Assembly (NCBI RefSeq): GCF_030384885.1
Contig: NZ_CP128613.1
Strand: one strand, 5' to 3'
Length of the DNA: 64,000 bases
Origin: Escherichia coli
GTDB lineage: Bacteria; Pseudomonadota; Gammaproteobacteria; Enterobacterales; Enterobacteriaceae
Made by a program: the position numbers and the translations under genes. A model generated the notes under the pieces. That model had not been told where the DNA came from and made no database searches. It worked only from the letters and a program-made list of their open reading frames with translations. Shown here one piece after another: positions 39,968 through 54,655 of this stretch. Each line of letters opens with the position of its first letter. Within the stretch, counting starts at the first letter, position 1.

Positions 39968-40756
39968 GTGGAGCAAATCATGAAAATTACTCAAATTCGT
40001 AATGCCACCCAAATTATCCAATACGCTGGCAAAACATTTCTTATTGACCCGTTACTCGCGCCTAAAGGAAGTTATCCGGGTTTTGCCGGAACGGCACGCG
40101 CAGAAATCCGCAATCCAACGGTAGAATTACCGTGTGATTTAACAACGTTACTCAACGTTGACGCCCTAATAGTGACCCATTTGCATGAAGATCACTGGGA
40201 CGAAACAGCCTCCCGCGTCGTCCCCAAAGATAAACAGATTTATGTGCAAAATGAGCAAGATGCTGAATCACTGCATAAACAAGGATTTACGCATCTTACC
40301 GTACTTGCCGACGAGACTAAATTTGGCGATATTACTCTGCATAAAACGACAGGGCAGCACGGCTCCGATCGCACCTATGCAGACCCGGCTATGGCGAAGC
40401 GTTTAGGCGCAGCCTGCGGCGTTGTTTTCCAGCACCCGACAGAGAAAACGCTCTATCTGGCTGGCGATACCCTCTGGCGTGATGACGTCGAGGCTACAAT
40501 GCTAACTTTCCAACCAGAAGTGGTGGTGTTGAATGCCGGATTTGCGCATGTTCTGGGGCATGGCGCGATAATTATGGGAGCTGAAGATATTCTCAAAACA
40601 CATTTTACCCTGCCAGAAGCGCAAATTGTCGCGACACATATGGAGGCCGTAAACCACTGTTTGCTGACGCGTGATGCGCTCAAGGAATACGCCAGAGATA
40701 ATCAAATTATCGAATTTGTGAACGTACCAGAAGATGGTGAAACGTTGACATTCTAA
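39968..40756 (+). CDS. Metallo-beta-lactamase-fold hydrolase, function unknown
   Basis: 262 aa; THLHEDHWDE metal-binding motif (HxHxDH-like); SD GGAG 8 nt upstream; not present in K-12 as I recall it. Confidence 0.75.
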   Translation: MEQIMKITQIRNATQIIQYAGKTFLIDPLLAPKGSYPGFAGTARAEIRNPTVELPCDLTTLLNVDALIVTHLHEDHWDETASRVVPKDKQIYVQNEQDAESLHKQGFTHLTVLADETKFGDITLHKTTGQHGSDRTYADPAMAKRLGAACGVVFQHPTEKTLYLAGDTLWRDDVEATMLTFQPEVVVLNAGFAHVLGHGAIIMGAEDILKTHFTLPEAQIVATHMEAVNHCLLTRDALKEYARDNQIIEFVNVPEDGETLTF

Positions 40757-40775
40757 TTCGGAGATAAAGAGTGTT

Positions 40776-41729
40776 ATGCGCCCGCTAACTGTTGCCATTA
40801 TCGCCGTTGCCGGTTTTAGTCCTTTTCACCTTTCCGTACCGTTTATCGTGTTTAGCGAAAAAATGGCGGAGAAAAAACGCTTTCATGTAATTATCTGCGC
40901 TGAAAAGCCGGGAAATGTGGACTCTGCCGATGGGTTTTCCGTAACCGCCACCCATGACTATACGGCAGTCATCCAGGCGGATATTGTGATAATTCCTTAC
41001 TGGGGAACAATTACACAAAAACCGCCACAAAAACTGCTGGAAGCCTTAACGACCGCACGAGATAACGGGGCACAGATTGTCGGGCTTTGCCTGGGCACGT
41101 TTGTGCTCGGCTATGCAGGTTTACTGAACAATAAGCGTGCTGCCACGCACTGGGAGTTCGAGCGTGAATTTCAGGCACGTTTTCCACAAACACATCTGGA
41201 TATTAACGCGTTGTATGTAGACGATGATGGCATTATTACCTCTGCCGGTACTGCCGCGGCGCTGGATTGCTGTTTGTATATTGTTCGGCAACATTTTGGC
41301 AGCGACTATGCTAACCATATTGCCCGACGGATGGTCGTACCGCCATATCGCACCGGCGGTCAGGCGCAGTTTATAGAGCAACCGGTGCCGAAAAATACCC
41401 ATGATGAACGCATTAACCTCCTGCTGGATTACCTGCGGCAAAACATTGCGCAACAGCATGATCTCGACTCGCTGGCTCAGCGAGTAATGATGAGTCGCCG
41501 CACACTAACCCGTCATTTTATGAAAGCGACCGGTTCGAGTATCGCCGAATGGCTCATCACTGAACGCTTACGCCGTAGCCAGGAACTGTTGGGATCCAGT
41601 CAGTTGCCCGTTGAGCGGATAGCGGCTGAGGTGGGTTTTCTCTCACCTGTGACCTGGCGTCAGCATTTTAAATCTCACTTCGGCGTCAGCCCCGCAGAAT
41701 GGCGCAAAACCTTTCGTGGTATGGCATGA
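40776..41729 (+). CDS. GlxA-type transcriptional regulator (DJ-1/PfpI-like domain plus AraC HTH)
   Basis: 317 aa; N-terminal class I amidotransferase-like fold, C-terminal AraC HTH; the 3' end contains the lacI promoter. Confidence 0.8.
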   Translation: MRPLTVAIIAVAGFSPFHLSVPFIVFSEKMAEKKRFHVIICAEKPGNVDSADGFSVTATHDYTAVIQADIVIIPYWGTITQKPPQKLLEALTTARDNGAQIVGLCLGTFVLGYAGLLNNKRAATHWEFEREFQARFPQTHLDINALYVDDDGIITSAGTAAALDCCLYIVRQHFGSDYANHIARRMVVPPYRTGGQAQFIEQPVPKNTHDERINLLLDYLRQNIAQQHDLDSLAQRVMMSRRTLTRHFMKATGSSIAEWLITERLRRSQELLGSSQLPVERIAAEVGFLSPVTWRQHFKSHFGVSPAEWRKTFRGMA

Positions 41730-41730
41730 T
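41702..41730 (+). promoter_or_regulatory. lacI promoter (-35 GCGCAA, -10 CATGAT)
   Basis: Near-identical to the classical K-12 PlacI sequence; here it lies inside the last codons of the upstream regulator gene. Confidence 0.7.
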
Positions 41731-41765
41731 AGCGCCCGGAAGAAAGTCAATTCAGGGTGGTGAAT

Positions 41766-42848
41766 GTGAAACCAGTAACGCTATACGATGTCGCGGAGTA
41801 TGCCGGTGTCTCTTATCAGACCGTTTCGCGCGTGGTGAATCAGGCTAGCCACGTTTCAGCGAAAACGCGGGAAAAAGTGGAAGCGGCGATGGCGGAGCTA
41901 AATTACATTCCCAACCGCGTAGCACAACAGTTAGCGGGCAAACAGTCGTTGCTGATTGGCGTTGCCACCTCCAGTCTGGCCCTGCACGCACCGTCGCAAA
42001 TTGTCGCGGCGATTAAATCTCGCGCCGATCAACTGGGTGCCAGCGTGGTGGTGTCGATGGTAGAAAGAAGTGGTGTCGAAGCCTGTAAAGCGGCAGTACA
42101 CAATCTTCTCGCGCAACGCGTAAGTGGTCTGATCATCAACTATCCGCTGGATGACCAGGATGCCATTGCTGTGGAGGCAGCCTGCGCTAATGTTCCGGCG
42201 CTATTTCTTGATGTCTCTGACCAGACTCCCATCAACAGTATTATTTTTTCCCATGAAGACGGTACGCGGCTGGGCGTAGAGCATTTGGTCGCATTGGGTC
42301 ACCAGCAAATCGCGCTGTTAGCGGGCCCATTAAGTTCTGTCTCGGCGCGTCTGCGTCTGGCGGGCTGGCATAAATATCTTAAACACAATCAAATTCAACC
42401 GATAGCGGAACGGGAAGGCGACTGGAGCGCCATGTCCGGTTTTCATCAAACCATGCAGATGCTGAATGAGGGCATCATTCCTACCGCGATGCTGGTTGCC
42501 AACGACCAGATGGCGCTGGGTGCAATGCGCGCCATTACCGAGTTCGGGCTGCGCGTCGGCGCGGATATCTCGGTAGTGGGATACGACGATACCGAAGACA
42601 GCTCGTGTTATATCCCGCCATTAACGACCATCAAACAGGATTTTCGCCTGCTTGGGCAAACCAGCGTGGACCGCTTGCTGCAACTCTCTCAGGGCCAGGC
42701 GGTGAAGGGCAATCAGCTGTTGCCCGTCTCACTGGTGAAACGAAAAACCACCCTGCCACCCAATACGCAAACCGCTTCTCCCCAGGCGTTGGCTGATTCC
42801 TTAATGCAACTGGCGCGACAAATTTCCCGACTGGAAAGCGAGCAGTGA
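41766..42848 (+). CDS. lacI: Lactose operon repressor
   Basis: GTG start (VKPVTLYDVAEYAGVSYQTVSRV...); 360 aa; near-identical to K-12 LacI from memory. Confidence 0.97.
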   Translation: MKPVTLYDVAEYAGVSYQTVSRVVNQASHVSAKTREKVEAAMAELNYIPNRVAQQLAGKQSLLIGVATSSLALHAPSQIVAAIKSRADQLGASVVVSMVERSGVEACKAAVHNLLAQRVSGLIINYPLDDQDAIAVEAACANVPALFLDVSDQTPINSIIFSHEDGTRLGVEHLVALGHQQIALLAGPLSSVSARLRLAGWHKYLKHNQIQPIAEREGDWSAMSGFHQTMQMLNEGIIPTAMLVANDQMALGAMRAITEFGLRVGADISVVGYDDTEDSSCYIPPLTTIKQDFRLLGQTSVDRLLQLSQGQAVKGNQLLPVSLVKRKTTLPPNTQTASPQALADSLMQLARQISRLESEQ

Positions 42849-42861
42849 GCGCAACGCAATT
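42841..42861. promoter_or_regulatory. lac operator O3
   Basis: AGCAGTGAGCGCAACGCAATT, one substitution relative to K-12 O3 (GGCAGTGAGCGCAACGCAATT). Confidence 0.7.
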
Positions 42862-42863
42862 AA

Positions 42864-42879
42864 TGTGAGTCAGCTCACT
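42864..42879. promoter_or_regulatory. CRP (CAP) binding site of the lac promoter
   Basis: TGTGAGTCAGCTCACT (TGTGA-N6-TCACT); one spacer substitution versus K-12. Confidence 0.8.
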
Positions 42880-42896
42880 CATTAGGCACCCCAGGC

Positions 42897-42926
42897 TTTA
42901 CACCTGATGTGTCCGACTCGTATGTT
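42897..42926 (+). promoter_or_regulatory. lac promoter (-35 TTTACA, 18-bp spacer, -10 TATGTT)
   Basis: Hexamers identical to K-12 lacP1; the spacer differs at about 5 positions. Confidence 0.8.
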
Positions 42927-42932
42927 GTATGA

Positions 42933-46045
<3,113 letters not shown>

Positions 46046-46051
46046 TAATAA

Positions 46052-47350
<1,299 letters not shown>

Positions 47351-47415
47351 GTAATCAATGTCGGATACGGCGCACGCGCCTTATCCGACCAGCATATCAG
47401 GACAGAATGATCAAA

Positions 47416-48027
47416 ATGAACATGTCGATGACAGAAAGAATAAAAGCAGGAAAGCTATTTACCGATATGTGCGAAGGCTTACCTGAAAAAAGACTTCGTG
47501 GGAAAACATTAATGTATGAGTTTAATCATTCGCATCCAGCGGAAGTTGAAAAAAGAGAAAGCCTGATAAAAAAAATGTTTGCCACGGTAGGGGAAAATGC
47601 CTGGGTAGAACCACCTGTCTATTTCTCTTACGGCTCCAACATCCATATAGGCCGCAATTTTTATGCAAATTTCAATTTAACCATTGTCGATGATTACACG
47701 GTAACGATCGGTGATAACGTACTGGTTGCCCCCAACGTTACCATTTCCGTTACGGGACACCCTGTACACCATGAGTTAAGAAAAAACGGAGAGATGTACT
47801 CTTTTCCGATAACGATTGGTAATAACGTCTGGATCGGCAGCCATGTGGTCATTAATCCAGGCGTCACCATCGGGGATAATTCTGTTATTGGCGCGGGAAG
47901 TGTCGTCACAAAAGACATTCCACCAAACGTCGTAGCTGCTGGCATTCCTTGTCGGGTTATTCGCGAAATAAACGACCGGGATAAGCAATATTATTTCAAA
48001 GATTTTAAAGTTGAATCGTCAGTTTGA
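47416..48027 (+). CDS. lacA: Galactoside O-acetyltransferase
   Basis: ORF 47407-48027; start MNMSMTERIKAGKLF at 47416; hexapeptide-repeat acetyltransferase; 203 aa. Confidence 0.95.
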   Translation: MNMSMTERIKAGKLFTDMCEGLPEKRLRGKTLMYEFNHSHPAEVEKRESLIKKMFATVGENAWVEPPVYFSYGSNIHIGRNFYANFNLTIVDDYTVTIGDNVLVAPNVTISVTGHPVHHELRKNGEMYSFPITIGNNVWIGSHVVINPGVTIGDNSVIGAGSVVTKDIPPNVVAAGIPCRVIREINDRDKQYYFKDFKVESSV

Positions 48028-48039
48028 ATAAGCAAAATT

Positions 48040-48125
48040 GCCTGATGCGCTCCGCTTATCAGGCCTATAAGTTCAGTGATCTACGTAGGCCGCATCCGGC
48101 GTAAACAAAGCGCAGGAACGAGCGT
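48040..48125. repeat. REP element(s) between lacA and cynX
   Basis: GCCTGATGCGCTCCGCTTATCAGGCCTA and GGCCGCATCCGGCG palindromic units. Confidence 0.6.
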
Positions 48126-48129
48126 CGCA

Positions 48130-49284
48130 TCATGCCTCTTTGACCCACAGCTGCGGAAAACGTGCTGGTGCAAAACGCAGGGTTAAGATCATCAGCCCAA
48201 CGACGCACAGCGCATGAAACGCCCAGTCCATCAGGTAATTGCCACTGATACTACGCAGCACACCAGAAAACCACGGAGCAAGCCCGGCAATGATAAAACC
48301 GATCCCCTGCATAAACGCCACCAGTTTGCCAGCAATAGCGGGTTGCGCAGAGTGATCGAGCGCCAGCAGCAAACAGAGCGGAAATGCGCCACCCAGACCT
48401 AACCCACACACCATCGCCCAGAAGACCGGCAATTGCAGCGGCAGCCAGATAAAGCCGCAGAAACCCACCAGTTGTAACGCCAGTGCCAGCATTAATAGTT
48501 TGCGCCGATCCTGATGGCGAGCCATAGCAGGCATCAGCAATGCCCCTGCGGCTTGACCAAGCGTCATCAACGCCAGCAAGGAACCGCTGTACTGCGTGCT
48601 GGCACCGATCTCAATATAGAAGGCGGGTAACCAGGCAATCAGACTGGCGTAACCGCCGTTAATCAGACCGAAGTAAACACCCAGCGTCCAGGCGCGGGGA
48701 GTGAAGACTACGCGAACCGGAGTGGTTGTTGTCTTGTGGGAAGATACGACCTCGCGGGAGCTTTGCCACCACCAGGCAAAGAGCGCAATAATGGCAGGCA
48801 GCGCCCACCAGGCGAGAGTCTGGAACCAAATCTCGCTGTGTTGAACTAACCAGGGCGTCAGGGCGGCACCAAGTCCACCGCCGCCCATCAGAGCCGCAGA
48901 CCACAGCCCCATCACCAGTGGCGTGCGCTGCTGAAACCGCTGTTTAATCACCGAAGGCATCACCGCCTGAATGATGCCGATCCCCACTCCACCGAGCAGT
49001 GCGCTGCTAAGCAGCAGCACACTTTGAGGGTAAAGCTCACGCATCAATGCACCGACGGCAATCAGCAACAAACTGATGGCGACGCTGCGACGTTCGCTGA
49101 CATGCTGATGAAGCCAGCTTCCGGCCAGCGCCAGCCCGCCCATGGTGACCACCGGCAGAGCGGTCAACAGGGCAGCCACGCTAAAGCTCATTCCGCTCGC
49201 CTGGCGCAATTGCGGTAGCAGTGGCCCGACGGAGGTGAGCAGTGGTCGCATATTAAGACCAATCAGCACCAGAACCAGCAGCAT
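48130..49284 (-). CDS. cynX: Cyanate transporter (MFS)
   Basis: ORF 48130-49311; start MLLVLVLIGLNMRPLLTSVGPLLP at 49284; 384 aa. Confidence 0.9.
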   Translation of the reverse strand: MLLVLVLIGLNMRPLLTSVGPLLPQLRQASGMSFSVAALLTALPVVTMGGLALAGSWLHQHVSERRSVAISLLLIAVGALMRELYPQSVLLLSSALLGGVGIGIIQAVMPSVIKQRFQQRTPLVMGLWSAALMGGGGLGAALTPWLVQHSEIWFQTLAWWALPAIIALFAWWWQSSREVVSSHKTTTTPVRVVFTPRAWTLGVYFGLINGGYASLIAWLPAFYIEIGASTQYSGSLLALMTLGQAAGALLMPAMARHQDRRKLLMLALALQLVGFCGFIWLPLQLPVFWAMVCGLGLGGAFPLCLLLALDHSAQPAIAGKLVAFMQGIGFIIAGLAPWFSGVLRSISGNYLMDWAFHALCVVGLMILTLRFAPARFPQLWVKEA

Positions 49285-49316
49285 CGTGAACGTCTTTTGA
49301 TGGTCGCGCATGGCTG

Positions 49317-49805
<489 letters not shown>

Positions 49806-49817
49806 TTAAAAATAAGG

Positions 49818-50477
49818 TTACGCTGCGGTCGGCTGGCGTAGCGGTATGGCACAAACGCAAGGATTAGCTGCCAGTGGCACAAACTGGCGGGTTGCGCCGT
49901 CAAAGGCTGCGATACTTCCGCTTTCAATGTCGTAGACCCAGCCGTGCAGAGCGATCCGCCCCTCTTCGAGCGCCAGGCGCACCGATGGATGAGTTTGCAA
50001 ATTAGCCAACTGAGCAATGACGTTTTCACGTACCATCGCCGCAGCTTTTGACGCTAAATCGGAATGCGGGCGCGCCTCATTAACGACGCGGGCTGAATCG
50101 GCATAACGCAGCCAGTGGGAAACGGCAGGCATATGGTCCATGCACTGACAGCTGGCAATGGCGGTCATCGCGCCACAGTTGGAATGACCGCAAATCACAA
50201 TGTCAGATACCCGAAGCGCAGCGACGGCATACTCCACCGAAGCAGAAACGCCACCAGGTTCCGGTCCGTAGGAAGGGACGATATTGCCCGCGTTGCGAAT
50301 CACGAACAGATCGCCAGGTTCGCGTTGCGTCACCAGCTCAGGGACCAGACGGCTGTCGGAGCAGGAGATAAAAAGTGTGCGCGGGCTTTGCTGTGTCGCC
50401 AGCTGTTTAAACAAGGCTTCCCGCTCAGGAAATGCCTCGCGCTGGAATTTAAGGAATCCATCAATAATCTCTTTCAC
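49818..50477 (-). CDS. cynT: Carbonic anhydrase
   Basis: 219 aa; beta-carbonic anhydrase motifs (CSDSR, HSNCGA). Confidence 0.95.
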   Translation of the reverse strand: MKEIIDGFLKFQREAFPEREALFKQLATQQSPRTLFISCSDSRLVPELVTQREPGDLFVIRNAGNIVPSYGPEPGGVSASVEYAVAALRVSDIVICGHSNCGAMTAIASCQCMDHMPAVSHWLRYADSARVVNEARPHSDLASKAAAMVRENVIAQLANLQTHPSVRLALEEGRIALHGWVYDIESGSIAAFDGATRQFVPLAANPCVCAIPLRQPTAA

Positions 50478-50586
50478 CGTTAACCTCTGTCTGTCTCTGG
50501 AATGAGAGGCAGACTACTCGCCGATTGCCATAAGGTAAAAGACTCATTTATGATGAGTTCTATTGGATTTACTTATAGGTTGGCGA

Positions 50587-51486
50587 ATGCTCTCTCGACA
50601 TATCAATTACTTTCTTGCCGTGGCTGAACATGGCAGCTTCACCCGTGCCGCCAGTGCGTTGCATATCTCCCAACCTGCGCTTTCCCAGCAGATTCGCCAG
50701 TTAGAAGAGAGTTTGGGCGTACCGCTGTTTGACCGTAGCGGGCGAACGATTCGTCTCACCGATGCGGGAGAAGTCTGGCGACAGTACGCCAGCCGTGCGT
50801 TACAGGAACTGGGGGCGGGTAAACGGGCGATTCATGATGTTGCCGATTTGACGCGAGGATCGCTGCGCATCGCCGTCACCCCCACCTTCACGAGCTACTT
50901 TATCGGCCCTTTAATGGCGGATTTCTATGCGCGTTATCCCGGCATCACGCTCCAGCTACAGGAAATGTCACAGGAGAAAATCGAAGATCTGCTTTGCCGC
51001 GACGAGCTGGATGTTGGGATTGCCTTCGCGCCGGTGCATTCGCCGGAACTGGAGGCAATACCTTTACTGACAGAAAGTTTAGCGTTAGTCGTGGCGCAAC
51101 ATCATCCACTGGCAGTCCATGAACAGGTGGCGTTGAGTTGCTTGCATGATGAAAAACTGGTACTGCTCAGCGCGGAATTTGCCACCAGAGAGCAAATTGA
51201 CCACTACTGCGAGAAAGCGGGGCTACATCCACAGGTGGTGATAGAGGCGAACTCAATTAGCGCAGTTCTGGCGCTGATTCGCCGCACTTCCCTTTCCACA
51301 TTGTTGCCAGCAGCGATTGCCACACAACATGACGGGCTTAAAGCTATATCCCTTGCCCCACCGTTACTGGAGAGAACGGCGGTTTTGTTGCGGCGGAAAA
51401 ATAGCGGGCAGACAGCAGCCGCAAAGGCATTTTTGCAAATGGCGTTGGATGAATGCGCGGTTGTTGGCGGGAATGAATCGCGGTAG
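50587..51486 (+). CDS. cynR: LysR-family regulator of the cyn operon
   Basis: ORF 50563-51486; start [36 protein letters not shown] at 50587; divergent from cynT. Confidence 0.9.
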   Translation: MLSRHINYFLAVAEHGSFTRAASALHISQPALSQQIRQLEESLGVPLFDRSGRTIRLTDAGEVWRQYASRALQELGAGKRAIHDVADLTRGSLRIAVTPTFTSYFIGPLMADFYARYPGITLQLQEMSQEKIEDLLCRDELDVGIAFAPVHSPELEAIPLLTESLALVVAQHHPLAVHEQVALSCLHDEKLVLLSAEFATREQIDHYCEKAGLHPQVVIEANSISAVLALIRRTSLSTLLPAAIATQHDGLKAISLAPPLLERTAVLLRRKNSGQTAAAKAFLQMALDECAVVGGNESR

Positions 51487-51590
51487 CCGCTGACACAGGT
51501 CAGCGGCTGGAATTGCCTGATGCGCGACGCTTATCAGGCCTACGAGTTCAGTGCAAGGCGTTCACGCCGCATCCGACATAAACTACGCTC
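51487..51590. repeat. Perfect hairpin plus REP element in the cynR/codA convergent gap
   Basis: GCCGCTGAC-ACAG-GTCAGCGGC (9-bp stem) directly after the cynR stop, then a REP-like unit; no T-tract. Confidence 0.5.
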
Positions 51591-51606
51591 GCTGCAACCC
51601 AGCCGA

Positions 51607-52890
51607 TTACCGTTTGTAATCGATGGCTTCCGGCTGCTCCAGATACACGGTGGTTTGTGCCGGTTGCGTGGTGGCAATCACCTTACCACCACGTACCGAA
51701 TAGCGTACCGGAACCTGACGGCGCAGCGCATCAAACCCATTTTCAGCCGGCAGGATAATCAGGTTAGCGCTGTTTCCGGCGACTATGCCGTAATCCTGCA
51801 AATTCAACGTCCTGGCGCTATGGTGGGTGATTAAATTTAGGCCGTCGTTAATCTGCCCGTAGCCCATCAACTGACAAACATGCAGCCCCATATGCAGCAC
51901 TTGCAGCATATTCGCCGTTCCCAGTGGATACCACGGATCGAAGACATCATCGTGACCAAAGCAGACGTTAATGCCGGACTCCAGCATCTCTTTAACGCGC
52001 GTAATACCGCGACGTTTTGGATACGTATCGAAACGCCCTTGTAGATGAATATTGACCAGCGGGTTGGCGACAAAGTTAATACCGGACATTTTCAGCAAAC
52101 GGAACAGCCGCGAGGTATACGCCCCGTTATAGGAGTGCATTGCCGTGGTGTGGCTGGCGGTGACTCGCGCGCCCATGCCTTCACGGTGAGCCAGGGCGGC
52201 AACGGTTTCGACAAAGCGCGACTGTTCGTCATCGATCTCATCACAGTGAACATCGATGAGACGGTCGTATTTTTGCGCCAGGGCGAAGGTTTTATGCAGC
52301 GACTCCACGCCATATTCACGGGTAAATTCAAAATGCGGAATCGCCCCCACTACGTCAGCCCCTAAGCGTAACGCCTCTTCCAGTAACGCTTCACCGTTGG
52401 GATACGACAAAATCCCTTCCTGCGGGAAGGCGACGATTTGCAGATCAATCCACGGCGCGACTTCCTGCTTCACTTCCAGCATCGCTTTTAGCGCAGTCAG
52501 GGTTGCATCCGAAACATCGACATGGGTACGCACATGCTGAATACCGTTGGCAATCTGCCATTTCAGCGTTTGCCAGGCGCGTTGTTTCACATCGCCATGG
52601 GTTAATAATGCTTTGCGCTCGGCCCAGCGTTCAATGCCTTCAAACAGCGTGCCGGACTGATTCCAGTTCGGTTGCCCGGCGGTTTGCGTGGTATCCAGGT
52701 GAATATGCGGCTCCACAAACGGCGGTAAAACTAAACCTTGCTCGGCATCCAGGCTGTTTTCTGTTACGGGCATCACGCCGGATTGCGCATCAATGGCGCT
52801 GATTTTTCCGTCCTGCAGATGAATCTGCCATAGCCCCTCTTTGCCGGGTAACCGGGCGTTAATAATTGTCTGTAAAGCGTTATTCGACAC
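51607..52890 (-). CDS. codA: Cytosine deaminase
   Basis: ORF 51607-52905; GTG start giving [16 protein letters not shown] at 52890; 427 aa; overlaps the codB stop. Confidence 0.9.
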   Translation of the reverse strand: MSNNALQTIINARLPGKEGLWQIHLQDGKISAIDAQSGVMPVTENSLDAEQGLVLPPFVEPHIHLDTTQTAGQPNWNQSGTLFEGIERWAERKALLTHGDVKQRAWQTLKWQIANGIQHVRTHVDVSDATLTALKAMLEVKQEVAPWIDLQIVAFPQEGILSYPNGEALLEEALRLGADVVGAIPHFEFTREYGVESLHKTFALAQKYDRLIDVHCDEIDDEQSRFVETVAALAHREGMGARVTASHTTAMHSYNGAYTSRLFRLLKMSGINFVANPLVNIHLQGRFDTYPKRRGITRVKEMLESGINVCFGHDDVFDPWYPLGTANMLQVLHMGLHVCQLMGYGQINDGLNLITHHSARTLNLQDYGIVAGNSANLIILPAENGFDALRRQVPVRYSVRGGKVIATTQPAQTTVYLEQPEAIDYKR

Positions 52891-54139
52891 TGTTAGCCTC
52901 CACATGCGTCATTGCAGCTGTCGTTTTGCGATTCAAAATCGGGTTAAGGATCAGATAGCTCAGCGCACCACCTAATACCGCGTTGACCGGAACAATGCCC
53001 GGTAACCAGTGGCCTGCGGCAATCCCCAGCGCGACCGCCAGAATCGCCACCCAATTGACACTCATCATACGCGTGGTCGCAAAGTGCTCATAGCGGCGAC
53101 GGTTCATCAGATAGTCGGCGATGATCACGCCACCCACCGGAGGAATAGCAGCCGAAAGGAAGGTTAGCCAGCCGACAAAATTGTTATACAGCCATAGTGC
53201 GCAGACCGTGCCGATAATACCGTTGATTACTGAAAGAGTTTTGCTCGACATACCGGTAATATTGGCGAAACCTAAACCCGACGCATAGAGCGCGTTATCG
53301 TTGGTGGTCCAGATATTCAACCCCAGCACCACAATCGCGGGCAGCAGCAAGCCCTGAGCAATCATCACATCAGAGATATCCGCCATCCCCAGTGCCGCAG
53401 CGCCTGCCGCACCGAAAATAAACATCAACGAGTTGCCGAGGAAAAAGGCCACCATCGCCACCAGCACCGCCAGTTTGGCATTGCGACCAAAGCGGACAAA
53501 GTCAGCGGTGAGCGTACCCGCACTGATAAATGACCCCACAACCAGCGCCAGCGCGACATTGAAATCTAGCGGTTGTGCGGGAACGACCGCTTTTAAGGCG
53601 TCCAAACCGCCCATGCCGTTAACGGCCAGCCATACGGAATAACCGCCAAGGCAGGCAATCGCCGGAACCGCAATCACCGAAAGTACCGTCAGCGCCGAAA
53701 TGCCAAAGAAGACGGTGACGGTCATCAGTAAACCGGAAACGGCAATCAGCAAATTAATATCCAGCCCGGTTGCCTTGCCCACCGGAATAGCAAACATCGC
53801 CACGCCAACACCAAACCAGCCGACCTGAGTGCCGCCCAGCAGCAGTGAAGGCAGCCATGAGCCTTTAACACCAAACGAGAAGCGAGCAAGAAGATGGGTG
53901 GTCAGGCCGGTTTTTGCGCCAATGTAACCAAGAAATGAAGTGTAAATACCGAGGAGAAGATTACCGATGAGGACTGCGAGGAAGAAATCATGATAGCTAA
54001 GACCGGTTCCGAGAGTGCCGCCGGTCCACATACTGGCGGAAAAGAAGGTTAATCCCAGCATGACGAACGTCAATGCCAATACCCCTTTCCGCGCCGACTG
54101 CGGGACTGGCCCCTGGCTAAAGTTGTTATCTTGCGACAC
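52880..54139 (-). CDS. codB: Cytosine permease
   Basis: 419 aa polytopic membrane protein. Confidence 0.95.
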   Translation of the reverse strand: MSQDNNFSQGPVPQSARKGVLALTFVMLGLTFFSASMWTGGTLGTGLSYHDFFLAVLIGNLLLGIYTSFLGYIGAKTGLTTHLLARFSFGVKGSWLPSLLLGGTQVGWFGVGVAMFAIPVGKATGLDINLLIAVSGLLMTVTVFFGISALTVLSVIAVPAIACLGGYSVWLAVNGMGGLDALKAVVPAQPLDFNVALALVVGSFISAGTLTADFVRFGRNAKLAVLVAMVAFFLGNSLMFIFGAAGAAALGMADISDVMIAQGLLLPAIVVLGLNIWTTNDNALYASGLGFANITGMSSKTLSVINGIIGTVCALWLYNNFVGWLTFLSAAIPPVGGVIIADYLMNRRRYEHFATTRMMSVNWVAILAVALGIAAGHWLPGIVPVNAVLGGALSYLILNPILNRKTTAAMTHVEANSVE

Positions 54140-54297
54140 GAAATTCCCCCTTTTTGCTGTTTGAAACCCAAAAAATCCGCCGCATTCTATTCATCTGAAG
54201 ATAAAAAGCAATCGTTTTCGTGGAGGGGGTATATTTTTTATATGGATGAATGCGGAAAAGTGGATAAAAACTTATTTGAGAAAAAATGGGTACACAT

Positions 54298-54645
54298 GAT
54301 AAGACACGCCTGCGTCGCATCAGGCATCTGCGCACGGTGTCGGATGCGGCGCGTGCGCCTTATCCGACCTGCGGTTCAGGCCTGTAGGCATGATAAGACG
54401 CGTCAGCGTCACATCAGGCATCTGCGCACGGTGTCGGATGCGCCGCGTGCGCCTTATCCGACCTACGGTTCAGGCCTGTAGGCATGATAAGACGCGCCTG
54501 CGTTGCATCAGGCATCTACGCATAGCTGTCGGATGCGCCGCGTGCGCCTTATCCGACCTGCGGTTCAGGCCTGTAGGGATGATAAGACGCGTCAGCGTCG
54601 CATCAGGCATCTGCGCACGGTGTCGGACGCGCCACACGACACATC
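54298..54645. repeat. BIME/REP tandem array, about 3.6 units with 94-95 bp period
   Basis: Unit CGCATCAGGCATCTGCGCACGGTGTCGGATGCG.CGCGTGCGCCTTATCCGACCTGCGGTTCAGGCCTGTAGGCATGATAAGACGCG repeats from about 54316, 54410, 54505 and 54599. Confidence 0.85.
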
Positions 54646-54655
54646 CGACAATACC

